DNA of 64,000 nt from Octopus bimaculoides (taxonomy: Eukaryota): the NCBI RefSeq assembly GCF_001194135.2, contig NC_068989.1, forward strand, positions 5,636,387 to 5,700,386. The letters are read 5' to 3'. Positions 51,530 through 64,000 of the stretch are shown one piece after another. Numbering within the stretch: position 1 is the stretch's first letter; each line of letters starts with the position of its first letter. The position numbers and the translations under genes are program-made. The notes below the pieces were generated by a model that made no database searches, was not told where the DNA came from, and saw nothing but the letters and a program-made list of their open reading frames with translations.

Positions 51530-51860
51530 ACAGAAAGCTAGATTATAGATAGATAGATAGATAGATAGATGGGTAGATAGATGGGTAGATAGATGGATGG
51601 GTGGGTGGATAAATAGATTAGGTAGATGGATGAATATTTGGATGGGTGGTTAGATAGATGAGGTAGATAGATAGACAGATAGATAGATAGAGACACGTAA
51701 ACACTTGCATGCACACACATACATACATAGACACATACATGCCCTCCATTTCTCAGAAGTGTGTATGTGTATAGATAGATAGATAAATAGATATATAGAT
51801 ATATAGATAGATAGATAAATAGAGACAGAGACAGATAGATAGATAGATAGATAGATAGTG
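51530..51860. repeat. (GATA/GATG)n tract
   Basis: Direct reading. Confidence 0.9.
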
Positions 51861-53596
51861 ACACGCACGCACATGTATACATAAGAACACAGTGCGCGTT
51901 TTTGTGATTGCAGGTAATAAATGTGCGTCGAATGCCACAGTTTCTACATGCTGTGTTTATGCATACCTCGGTGTTTCAGGGCCTGGTGTGTAAGATAAAA
52001 GGGTGCAAGCAAATATACACAGACACACACAGTTCACATATAAACATAATATTCATATACCACATGTACACGCAATTTACAAGCCGTTATTGTCACACTT
52101 TGTCTCCACATACTCCTTACACACACGCGTATGTTTTTTTTTTTTTTACAAACCAATGCTCATATATCTGTTTTATATCAATTTTCGCTATCTATATTCT
52201 ACATATAAAATAATAGATCTGGGTTAGAATTTCAGACACCGAGTTTTCAGTTGTTCGATCAATCGAACTACCAAGCTAATTGAATTGCCGTGTAAGTGGC
52301 CGAGTATATCAGAGACCCTTATTGCATACATACATACTCTAATCGTAATTCTGAGGCGGAACCAGCGTGATAGTGTTACAAGTCTGGGGTTTTTGTGTTA
52401 CGGGTACAATCAATCCGATGGATTTCTGTACAGTTTTCGTTTATAACAACGGGGTCTCGACCATTTTAAAGCTTTAGACCCGTTTTAATCCCTATTTTGC
52501 TCGGTTGGACCATTGGATCTTAGGGTATCTTTACAATTTAATATCTTTGCAATTTAATATGCTTAGGAATTGTATTAAAACAAATTGTTAAAATATTTCG
52601 TGTCTGGCAGAAGCACATACATTTTAACAACGAAATTTTGTGTATCCCAACGATCATATCGACCCCTATTGAGAACCACTCATCTACAATTTCAGTCGCA
52701 AAGTAGCGGTCGACTTCCACGCGGTGGAATCGAACTCGGATCTCCTTTATCAGGGTCTCTTTTATTGTGCTTACTGCTGTACACACGTACGCGCGCGTGC
52801 ATCTACTTGTAAACGTGCTTTGACAAGAAGCCAGATATATGTGAGCGAGGATAGAGAATGTTTATCTTTCCTTTTGCGAAGTGTGCAATGAGACTGCTCG
52901 TGTGTGTGTGTGTGTGTGTGTTGACAGTAAACCCGAAACTTTGTTTTGTTTTAGATCGATAAACATTAACGAGATCAACACCAGTAATATACGAGATACT
53001 TTTTTATCGATCATGAAAAGATGAAAGCCAAAAGTAAACCCCGCTAAGAATCGAACTCAGAATTGTTAGGAATCGAAGCGAAATATGAGTTTTTTTTTTC
53101 ATGCTTATGTCTCTCTATTTGCATTACCAGGGGGAAAAAACAATAACAAAAAACCCCCCAAAACTCGTGATTTTTTTTTTTTAAGTACTAGACTTACAAA
53201 GAATAAGTCTTAGGGTCAATTTGTTCGGTGCTCCAGCATTGCCGCAGTCAAATGACTGAAACAAGTGAAAGAGTATCTGTCTATCAACACACACACACAC
53301 ATGTACATAGCAGCTAAATCTGAGAGTCGCATATACATATGAAATGTGAGGTCAGGTAAGCTGTTGTTTGTGTGAGTCATTAAACATATACATAGCAGAC
53401 TGACATAGAGACACACATGCCACATGTACATGGGCCTGTGTAGTAAATGTATGCATGTAGACAAGACATGTTTCTATGTGTTTATGTGTAGCGTGTGCTG
53501 TGTGATGTGTTTAACATGCACTAGTTTTGTAAAATACCTGCATGTACTGTGTGTGCATGCAGGGTTATAAGAGACGTGTTTTAGGTTGACACACAC

Positions 53597-53628
<32 letters not shown>

Positions 53629-53639
53629 GAATATATATA

Positions 53640-53990
53640 TATCATCAACATCGTCATTTAATGTCCGTTGGCCAAGCTGGCATGGGTTGGACTGTTTGAT
53701 CAGGACAAGTAAGCTGAGGGGCTGCACTAGACCCCAGTCTGATTTGGCATGGTTTTCTACATCTGGATGCCCTTCCTAACACCAACCACTCCGAGAGTGT
53801 AATGGGTGCATTTACGTGCCACCAGCATGGGTGCCAGTCGCATGACACCAATATCTGCCACGACTACAATTCCACTAGACTTGATGGGTCTTCTTCTCAA
53901 GCATGGCATATTATGAAAGGCCTCGGTCATATGTCATTGCCTCCGTGAGGCCAAACATTCGAAAGGTGATTTTTACAGACATCAGCATCA
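53640..53990 (-). mobile_element. RTE 3'-UTR repeat
   Basis: catcgtcatttaatgtccg tail and a body similar to 12490-12790. Confidence 0.8.
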
Positions 53991-54227
53991 GCCATTTGAT
54001 AGTTCAAATTTACAGCAAACAAAAGACAAAGACAGATATAGGAACAAGAAGCAGGTGTATTAGCTTAATGCTTGGGAAGAACGGAAGAAAGTCTTTTACG
54101 CTTCGAGCCTACTCTCTACGACAGAAAGGATTAAGAGGAAAAAAAAAAACCCAAAAGAGAATGAAAAGAAATAGAGAGAGAAAAAAATGCGCAGAGTTCA
54201 ATGTTCCGACATGACGAGACTTTTTAT

Positions 54228-54284
<57 letters not shown>

Positions 54285-56789
54285 NNNNNNNNNNNNNNNN
54301 NNNNNNNNNNNNNNNNNNNNNNNNNNNNNNNNNNNNNNNNNNNNNNNNNNNNNNNNNNNNNNNNNNNNNNNNNNNNNNNNNNNNNNNNNNNNNNNNNNNN
54401 NNNNNNNNNNNNNNNNNNNNNNNNNNNNNNNNNNNNNNNNNNNNNNNNNNNNNNNNNNNNNNNNNNNNNNNNNNNNNNNNNNNNNNNNNNNNNNNNNNNN
54501 NNNNNNNNNNNNNNNNNNNNNNNNNNNNNNNNNNNNNNNNNNNNNNNNNNNNNNNNNNNNNNNNNNNNNNNNNNNNNNNNNNNNNNNNNNNNNNNNNNNN
54601 NNNNNNNNNNNNNNNNNNNNNNNNNNNNNNNNNNNNNNNNNNNNNNNNNNNNNNNNNNNNNNNNNNNNNNNNNNNNNNNNNNNNNNNNNNNNNNNNNNNN
54701 NNNNNNNNNNNNNNNNNNNNNNNNNNNNNNNNNNNNNNNNNNNNNNNNNNNNNNNNNNNNNNNNNNNNNNNNNNNNNNNNNNNNATATATATATATATAT
54801 ATATATACTTATTCACACATATATCGTGTGTGTATGATATATGTATGCAGTGGAGGTTATATGCACACTTACATGTATGGGTGTTTTGTGTCAGACTTAC
54901 GTTCTTTGCAGAATTTAAGCCGAATGCTAACAAAATAATAAGCCTTCTTTGTTTGAAAGTAGGCAGTTCCAGGATTGACTTGTGAATATGTACGTCAACA
55001 GAGAGAGAGAGGTGTATGCGTGCATATGGCTGAACTTGTGTAAAAAGTGTATGTACTTTCCCAGCAAATCTGTGTATGTGCTTGTGTGATTTCTCTATGT
55101 GTAAGCATGCATGTGTATGAGATTTACATATGTGATTTACACGTGATTACACGTGATTGTATATATATATCTAAAGAGAGAGAGAGAGGCAATTATGTGG
55201 ATAAATAAATTAGACACATCAAATATATTAAATTTTGATGTATTTAATAAATTAATATATTTGATGCTTTTAATTTGATTTTCTGCACAATCACCACTAC
55301 ATCTGCTCAACTTGATCCCTCTTATGACCTTTCTTTACCTTGTGGAATCGATCCCCTGTCAAGACATCAGTGTCTAAGTTTGAATCTTTTCAGCAGTACT
55401 AAGTGTCGTCTATACGAACAATCTCTGGATCTCATCCTTGCACATATATATATACATGAAATATTCAAACACTGAGATTTGAAGTTAGATGTCACTACTG
55501 TTCATATGATCTGTGGATAAATTCAAAATTTGATGATATCACCAGTAGTGGCATGGGTGGAACGCAGTTATAATAGCTTTAAGGAGCTATGAATTATAAA
55601 TTTGCACGAAGCATAATGATGCTTAATGAGCATCTACCTGCTAGAAATAAGAGCTAAGTCTTAAATAAATAAATATATATATANNNNNNNNNNNNNNNNN
55701 NNNNNNNNNNNNNNNNNNNNNNNNNNNNNNNNNNNNNNNNNNNNNNNNNNNNNNNNNNNNNNNATATATCGTTGCTATTATGCAAAAGTTTCGTAAGTCC
55801 AAAATATTGCTTTTTCAGAAAACGAAAAAATAGTTCCACCATTCCATAGCAAAACTGTTGTGCTACACTTTGACTATTGTTGATATCTTGGCATCTGAAG
55901 CAGCTGGAGATACGATAGTTTGACCGAAAGAACTGGCTGTTGCAAGCGAAAATAAATATTGAGAAAATCGCATGTGACCAAGTTTGGACATACGACAGTT
56001 TAACATAATAACAACGATGGGGCACAACACTGAAGGGTTTAGTTGAACTTATTTTATCAGTGACTCATGTTGAGCCACTAAGTTACAGGAACATAAGCAA
56101 CCAGTACCACCTTATACACACACACACACACACACACACATAAAACTTAGATATGTTTCAGCCAAAAATTGGCCCAGGCTACAGGTTTCTTCTGTCCCAA
56201 GGTTTTGGTCAGCCCAGGAATATAGTGAGAAGCACTTGCCCAAGGTGCCACTCAGTGGAACTGAACCTGGAACCATGTGATTGGGAAGCAAACTGGTTAA
56301 TGACAAAGCCACGCCTGTGGTTTTGAGAACCTATCTCCAGGTCAGAGCAGCTGTAAGTTCCGCAGTAGTTCACCCTAAGTTGTTTTCCTTTCCCAGAACT
56401 TTAGATATGACATCTACATACATTTGACAGCTGACCTCTATAACAGCGTATACCTGTTTTTCACTTTCTTTTCCATAAAATAATATTAGCTGAGTTGTGT
56501 TTGCATCTGACAGCTGCTTATATTTTTGGAATGTTCTACCAATATTCCAATTTTTAGAGGTATAGAAACATTCTGATCCTAGAGTGCCTTTGCTATGACT
56601 GTCAGGATAATCCTTTATATGGAAAACATAATAAATAATTTTGGCAACAATATCATGTTTCAGGAAAAGGTCGTACTCTGTGAACCGTTCTGGGCATGAT
56701 GCATGCATAAACAGACTTACGAAACAGGATATACAGTTGCTATTTGAATTCCAAATTCCAAATTAATGTGAAATATCTTTTCCAAATCA

Positions 56790-57260
56790 ACAAAAGCGAA
56801 GGATAGTGGTTTGTTCTTGGCCAAGTATTTCTCTTGCAGTTGCTTCATTAGAGAAATTGCATCTCTGGTACCTCTTCCAGGCACAAACCAAACTGCATCT
56901 GTTTCAAGTCTACTCAATCACAAATCAATTGTGCTATGACTCTTTTCATAACCTGAAACAGTAGTTTGGTTTCTTTATAGTTACCTCCCTTCAAGGCATC
57001 TCTTTTACCTTTATTAGTTTGTAATGATACTGCTACATCAGTCAGTGGATATGGCACCTTCCAATAAGACCTAATTAACTACTCAGGTAGTAATCATGTA
57101 TCCTACCTCTCCAGATATTTTGAACATATTTGCAAACTATCTCTGATGAATGAGCAGTTTTCCTTCACATCAAGTCCTTAATTGCTTTGTCTACCATGTT
57201 GCTGTCCACTTGAGTTGGGCCTCATGCTAGGGACCTCATACTGGTCCCTATGTAGGATCA
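56790..57260 (-). mobile_element. RTE LINE RT N-terminal fragment
   Basis: VDSNMVDKAIKD...KGKRDAL...NYK...QMQFGFVPGRGTRDAISLMKQLQEKYLAKNKPLSFAFVDLEK. Confidence 0.9.
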
Positions 57261-57367
57261 GCCTAAAGTAGCCCTTCCTTATCCCATGTGTTCCTCACAT
57301 TCAACAGTTTCTCATAATAGCACTTCCACACCACATTTTTGTATTCCATATCAATGGCCAATATGCC

Positions 57368-57642
57368 CAGTGGTTCCCAAAGTGGTCAGTACCATGCCCC
57401 TGGGGGAGGGGGGGATTTAGGGAGGCGTTGAAGAAAAATGGGGCGATAATGGGGTGACCAAAATGGGACAATGGATGTAAAAAACAAACAAACAAAATAA
57501 AGGGTTTTTGTGAAATATTGTGGTTTTGAATTTGCTGCAGAAAAATGGTCTATGTGTGTGATGGTGAGTGGTGGTAGGGGTCATTAGGTATGTGGTTTTA
57601 GAAACAAGAGGGCGGTAGCCTGAAAAAGTATGGGAACCACTG
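57368..57642. mobile_element. hAT (Charlie-like) MITE
   Basis: TIRs CAGTGGTTCCCA ... TGGGAACCACTG. No recognisable 8-bp TSD. Confidence 0.8.
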
Positions 57643-57648
57643 CTTTAA

Positions 57649-57872
57649 CCCTTTAACATTTAAACCAGCCATATCCGGCCAAAATATTCTACCTGTTTTA
57701 GATTTAAACTGGCCAGATCCAGCCTCCAACACCTACCCTACAATGTCATTCTCAAAACAGTCACATCATTGAAATTTGAAAGCAGGGAGATGATGCAGGG
57801 TCAATTCTAAGCAATGAGAAAAAAAAAAAACATAAGCCCTGCATTTGACAGAATGGTATGGACATTAAATGG
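57649..57872. mobile_element. piggyBac-like MITE
   Basis: TTAA|CCCTTTAACATT ... GACATTAAATGG|TTAA: TTAA flanks and 8/12 TIR match. Confidence 0.65.
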
Positions 57873-58674
57873 TTAACCATTGTGATTATACATTTCTCTC
57901 TCACACATTGTCTCACAACGCTGAACACTTCACTCCTCTAATCTTTAGATTATGGGACATATGCAAACCTCTTCCATTCTGCTTCCATCTTAGCCAAGTA
58001 TACCTGTCACCTCGTTCTTCTTAACCGTTTAATAATACTCCTTATTAATTAACACCTTCCTTCCAGGCGTTCCATACCTGTCTCTTAGCCTTTATCGCAC
58101 TTTCAGCATATTATTACTGCTGTGATGTTGTTGTTGCTGTTGTAGTTGTTGATGTTGGTGGTGGTGGTGGTGGTGGCGGCAGTACCGTGGTGTAGCAGGA
58201 AGGGGAGGGGTAGCTGTATCTGGTAGAGGAGTCATGTGCCTAACAGAAGGATACGGAGCGACAGAGAGTGTGGGTGGCTGAGACTTCTTATCAGAGGAAG
58301 GAAGCAGAAGAAAAGAAAGATTCCCAGTGTAGATGGGGAAGGGGGGGGGGCAGGTTTGTGTGGGTGCATCCGGAAAAAGTGAAGCCTTACAGTGAGGAGA
58401 GAGGAAGAGAGATAGAAACATATCAAGGAGAACAATTTAACAAACTAAACACACACACACACACACACACACAAATGTGTGTATGTGTTTGCTTGTGTGT
58501 GTTTGAGTGTGTGTGTAGGTGTAAACATGTGTATGTGTGTGTATCTGCACGTGCTAATTTTACTTGGCAAAGTTTGACATAGATTTTGAGGTATTTCTTG
58601 CAAAAATTAATGTTTTATTCTACTTACATGACTTGAGTGACTTTTCAACTGAACCACATATACATACACACACA

Positions 58675-58714
<40 letters not shown>

Positions 58715-58732
58715 TACATATATATACATATA

Positions 58733-58782
<50 letters not shown>

Positions 58783-58926
58783 AACATACATACATATGTA
58801 TATATTGATAGTAAAGGTAAGATAACAAAAGAAAGAAAGAGACCTCAATATTATGTAAATAGACGAATTTGTCACATGTTTATTTATAGAGAAATAAATA
58901 ATATGTGACAATTATTCGGTAGCTAT

Positions 58927-58987
58927 GATAAAACTCTGAGTTTCGGATGTCGGGGCGGAAACCCATGCCGCCATCTCTTCAGTTATC
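58927..58987 (-). ncRNA. Type I hammerhead ribozyme-like fold
   Basis: GATAA-CTGAAGA-GATG...CATC-C-GAAA-CTC-A-GAG-TT-TTATC: three stems plus the conserved core. Confidence 0.7.
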
Positions 58988-59206
58988 TGGCCATCAAAAA
59001 ATGCTATGAAAATGACCTTTAAACAAAGGGAAATTACTGTGTGATTGACCATTATTAAGACAATAGAGCTATTAGAATGACCGCTAAGTGAGGGGAGGGA
59101 ATAAAGGTAAGAAAGCAATTTGTTATCCTATACCATACCACTATCTCTGTACTGCTAGGCACCACTCCCTCTCTGCTGTACTATTTCCAATCAGCCCCCC
59201 CCCCCC

Positions 59207-59287
59207 ACCATTGTTATCATACCCCATTTATATTGTCATACCCCATTCATATTGTCATGCCCCATTCATATTGTCATATCCCATCCT
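59207..59287. repeat. ~18-19-bp minisatellite, about 4 copies
   Basis: cccattcatattgtcat-like units. Confidence 0.85.
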
Positions 59288-59510
59288 CTATAAATATGGA
59301 GTGGTCAATATAAATTATAGTGACATATTTGCATGAGAACTTTCATAAGAAGGATGATAAATAAACAATAATAATAACACAACACTAGGAATTTGATATC
59401 AATTCTGTCAACCAATCATATCCCTTTCTCTGTGTGAGCCTTTTGTGATATTAGATATCTGATTAGAATGTCGAACAAAGGACTGTATGGCATTGGGCAA
59501 TATATCCATA

Positions 59511-59673
59511 TGTCCAGTCTCATATCTCAAGTCTCCAGCTATTTTCATAGCTTCCTATTGCTTTAAGTATTCTTCTTCTTCTTCTTGTTCCCTTGCTCTT
59601 AAACATGAGAGAGCAAGAAAGATGCTAAATCATGTGAAGTGTATCACAATAGCTTAAGACTTGATACTGGACA
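59511..59673. repeat. Imperfect foldback element
   Basis: tgtccagt..tcaagtct..agctatt pairs with aatagct..agacttga..actggaca. Inner hairpin cttgctct/agagcaag. Confidence 0.6.
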
Positions 59674-60099
59674 GAGCGATATGTTGTGGAATGTTATAGA
59701 ATCCTTTGTAGGGGATCCTGATTAGATATTTGATAGGAAGAAAACCACTTGAAACTAAAGGACTACAGCTGGATGGAAGAATTAAAATTAAATTTCTGTT
59801 TGTTTAAGTTGTGTTAATTCATATTCCTTGCTATGAATAAGGCATTCTCATGCTAAAATATCAAACATTCTTTGTCTGGCTGTAACAATTTATATAAACT
59901 GTGTAATGTACCGTTTTCACTTTCTTATCATTCTATTTTATTATTTAACAGTACTTCAAACGTTATATTATTTCATATGTACATACATACCTAAATACAT
60001 ACACACACACTCATGTGTATAAATATATTTGACTAAAGGTGGTGCTCCAGCATGGCTACAATCAAACGACTGAAACAAGTAAAAGAATAATAGACAACA

Positions 60100-60500
60100 G
60101 CCTGATTGAACATAATATAATGGTGCTGTTGCTGTTAATACTGGTAGGACATGTTAGTTGTTGAGCATGATAAATCAGCTGATCTTATCAAATTTAAGCA
60201 AGAAATTAAATTACATAAGGATTTGGCAAACCTCTGCCAAATCTTCTTGAGCCCATGCTAATAAGGAAGGAAGCAAAATTATATTTTCAATACATAAAGC
60301 ATTATCAAAAGAATGTATCATACTTCTTGCTGGCATTAAAATATTAATCTCAGACTCAGAGATTTCTAAGTAGTTTTTGACAAAATCTGGTGCAGTTTCA
60401 GAATTATGTTTTACTAACAGAAGGGTAATAATCTATAATATCAAACCATGTTATTGTTGTTTGTTATGCATTGTATTGAATCAGATTATGATAAAGGATC
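60100..60500 (-). mobile_element. Penelope-like element RT fragment
   Basis: Reverse complement TWFDIIDYYPSVSK...ISESEINILMPAR...MGS/DLAEVCQI matches FDIxxFYPSI and MGSxDGAEVCE. Confidence 0.8.
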
Positions 60501-60879
60501 TGTAACTTAGTAGGAGGGGGGGGGGCTGAAACTCTTTCAGTCTTAAGTATCATATTAGCTAAAATGTTCTATTTTTATTATTACCGTACAATTTCAAAGT
60601 AAGGTGATTAAAATCAAAATAAGCAACAAGGATATCCAGAGGCAACGCAATACGATCATTTCATGCAACTCCATGTAATTGAACAATGCAATCATTACAT
60701 CAATTTAAAATGCAGAGCAATCCTCAGCTGCACAAAGACAGAATTTAATTAAATTAAAACAGCTGGACACATTAGTATAATTATACATAAAATCTCCAAG
60801 AAGTTAAGGAGATAGACAAAGAACATGCTGCCTTCACTCCAGCATAGAAGCTACTAAGGTATCAAGAAGATATACATTG

Positions 60880-62300
60880 TTACAGACTCCTGTGCTGGTG
60901 GCAAGTAAAAAGCATCCACTACACTCTCGGAGTGGTTGGCGTTAGGAAGGGCATCCAGCTGTAGAAACATTTCCAGATTAGATTGGAGCCTGGTGCAGCT
61001 GCTGGCTTTCCAGACCTCATTCAAACTGTCCAACCTATGCCAGCTTGGAAAACAGACGATGATGATGATGAAATACATTATACAAACCAGCATCTCATGA
61101 TATTTGTATATGCCCCTTAGTCTGTCCTGCAATGTTGGATATTAAAGTCTATGTTTGTATATGCTGGTTAAACTGTCTGCTAAGTTAAGTAGCTCATTAT
61201 TTTGAAGAGACAGAAATAGCACTGCTAAATATAAATAAATATATTGCAGGAAAAGGGGGAAAAAAAAGACTTTTAATTTGAGATAGGATTGGTAGGTTCC
61301 ATGTTGGGGAACTGCAATAAAACAATCACCCAGCAAACAACGGATACACATCTCAGATCCCAATTTGGGGATGGTTGACCCTTTTTATCTCAAACTGATT
61401 CTATTATTTTTTGTCTTATTTCAGTGTTTGGACGGTGGTCATACCGGAGCACTACCTTAAAGGCGTTAGTTGATTGTATTGACTCTAGTGCTTATTATTT
61501 CAAGATTGGCATCTCTGCCAGTGGCACGTAAAAAGCACCATTCGAGCATGGTCGATGCCAGTGCTGTCTGACTGGTCCTGTGCCAGTGGCACGTGAAAGG
61601 CACCATTCAAGCCTGATCGTTACCAGTGCCACGTGACTGGCTCCCATGCCAGTGGCACGTAAAAAGCACCATTTGAGCGTGGTCGATACCAGTGCCACTT
61701 GACTGGCCCCCATGCTAGTGGCATGTAAAAATCAGCCACTTTAAGTGTTAGGAAGGGCATCCAGCTGTAAAAACGTTTCTAGATCAGATTGGAGCTTGGT
61801 GCACCCTTCTGGCTTACCAGTCCTCAGTCAAACTGTCCAACCCATGCTAGCATGGAAAGTAGACGTTAAATGATGGTGATGATGATGATAAAGTATTATC
61901 TTTGACCATATATGTTTAAAAATTTAGATTTCATTTTGAGTTAATGTATCGTTTTTTTTCTTTTATTTATATAATATATTTACTTACATTATACTAAGAA
62001 TTTTGGCATTATTTTTAAAATTTAGAGCTTATTTTCATACATTGTTTTAAACTGAGCCTTGCAACACACATGGCAACCTCACTAATGCTGGTGCCATGGA
62101 AAAAAAGCAGCCAGTACACACTGTAAAGTGGTTACTGTTAGGAAAAGAATCCAGCCAAAGAAACCATACCAAAGCTGACAATGGGGCTCAGCGCAGCCCT
62201 ACAATTTGCTGAGTCCTGTCAAACCTCTCCAACCCATGCCAGCATGGAAAACAGATGTTAAATGATGAGAATGAGGAGGATGATGATGATGATGTTTTGA
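60880..62300 (+). mobile_element. Three RTE 3'-UTR repeats; the middle one has 65-66-bp tandem units
   Basis: Copies at 60880-61075, 61505-61895 and 62070-62300. Units start at 61516, 61581, 61647 and 61713. Confidence 0.8.
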
Positions 62301-62969
62301 ATAATGTCATTTTTAATCATATTTTTATAATTTAGTTATTGTATTTTAACACATAATATTTTGGTTACTGTCTTATTTATTATATATACATATATTTTAT
62401 TTCTAATGGTTTAAATATTTATAACACATACAGCTGTTATGTTTAGTTATTATAATTTTAATTATTTAGATTCTCTTAATATTCAAATTATTTTCAGTCA
62501 TTAGATTTTCCTAATATTCATATTATATTTAGATATATTACTTTTAAAATGTTGATAATATTTTTGTATTACAGTATATTAAAAATATATATTTCCTATT
62601 TAGTAATTTTAATATTTTATAAGTTTATTTCAAAGTGTTATTTTTAGTTTTCTATATTCTAAAAATTATATGTTACTGTTAGCTATTATATCATTTAAAA
62701 AAGAAATTAGAAATGATTTTTCAATAGAATATATTAAAAATTGTTGATCTAAATTTCAGTTATTAAACTTTGAAGTTTGTTGTTAACATGGCTTCATAAA
62801 TAATTTTTAAATTAGATATTTTTCTTGATACATCATGACATAATTTTAGGTATGGTTTTAGATATGTTATTAAAAAATTTAGATGTCAATTATAACTAAA
62901 TAATGTTTTATATTATCTATGTATTGTTTGTTGTTAGTGTTTTAATATCAGCATGTTAACATATTTTTA

Positions 62970-63150
62970 TAACTGTAATGGATTTTATAACCAAAATGGA
63001 TAGACGAATGGTGAGGTGGTTTGGTCACATGGAGAGGATGGATGAGGAGCAGATGATAAGGAAGGTGATGAAGGCAGAAATGGTAGGCAGTAGAACCAGA
63101 GGCAAATCTCTGTTTGTGTGGATGGATGTAGTGAGGAAAGCTTTGATGGT
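62970..63150 (+). mobile_element. RTE-type LINE C-terminal fragment
   Basis: VRWFGHMERMDEEQMIRKVMKAEMVGSRTRGKSLFVWMDVVRKAL. Confidence 0.8.
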
Positions 63151-63194
63151 TAGTGTTGGAGTGAGAGAGGCAAGAGAGTTTATAAATGATAGGA

Positions 63195-63729
63195 AAGCAG
63201 GTGGCTGTGTGGTTAAGAAACTTGTTTCCAAAGCCTGTGGTGTGGGATTCAATCCCACTGCATGGCACCTTAGACAAGTACCTTGTACAAAAGCTTCAGG
63301 CCAAATAAAGTTTCTGAGTGATTTGGTAGATGGAAACTGAAAGAAGCTTGTCATGTGTGAGTGTGTGTACATGTATCTGTGTGTACTCTTGCCAAGATGT
63401 CACATGATGGTTGTAAATGGCTATCATCATCATACAAGGGGTCTTTTTCATTTCTATGCAAAACATATCTGGAAAGCCTTTTAACATAGCATTGACTAAC
63501 CAAAGCTAACCTAGGGCTAAACACACATACAATGAACAGCAGAGATTTGGGTATATTCTTAAAACAAAAAGAAAAAAAAAAGAGCATGGATGCATGGTAA
63601 GAAGTTTACTTTCAAGCTACATGGGTTTGTGTTTAGTCCCACTGCATTGGCACTGCAAGAAGTGGCCTTTACTATAGCTCTGGGCTAACCGAAGCATAGT
63701 CAGTAGATTTGATAGATGGAAGCCCATCC

Positions 63730-63760
<31 letters not shown>

Positions 63761-64000
63761 CATGCTAGCATGGAAAGCGGACGTTAAACGATGATGATGA
63801 TGATGATATATTCACTTACTGTAAATAAAATAAGAGATAACGTGTGGCGTTCCATTAAATAATGAGTTTTAAAATACATAATATAATCAAGCAAATCGAC
63901 CCCAGGACTTATTTTTTGTAAACGTAGTACTTATTCTATTGGTCTCTTTTGTCAAACTGCTAAGTTACGGGGACATAAACACATAAATATAAAAGTTGTC
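63195..64000. mobile_element. SINE family A fragments and an RTE tail
   Basis: Heads at ~63200 and ~63590. Minus-strand tail at 63890-64000. Confidence 0.7.

Noticed and set aside
55790-55950. Candidate exons on both strands
   Set aside because: Short frames, weak donors and no recognisable homology.
56370-56708. 112-aa minus ORF as a gene
   Set aside because: Adjacent to the RTE remnant with at best faint LINE-like similarity and no splice support.

Overview
AT-rich, repeat-saturated eukaryotic scaffold with 11 N-gaps, most flanked by microsatellites. The tRNA-derived SINE families and the (GAT)n-tailed RTE retroposons match what I recall of octopus genomes, so the source is probably Octopus (inference). 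I recognise one host coding exon: minus strand 7948-8182, encoding part of a UPF0415/C7orf25 homolog. The rest is intron-like or intergenic and carries three SINE families, decayed RTE, R4/Dong, L1/Tx1, Penelope-like and probably CR1-like retroelements, Tc1/mariner, hAT, Tigger-like and piggyBac-like DNA elements, and many micro/minisatellites. Most long ORFs in the supplied track are artefacts of simple repeats or N-gaps. The main structural findings are two type I hammerhead-ribozyme folds (58927-58987 minus, 37390-37424 plus), each on the same strand as a nearby Penelope-like RT remnant. Also notable are a near-perfect 73-bp palindrome, two foldback elements, a same-strand cluster of R4/Dong fragments, and CpG-retaining domains that may mark unannotated gene starts. 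All family calls are from motif recall, not database searches, and repeat boundaries are approximate.
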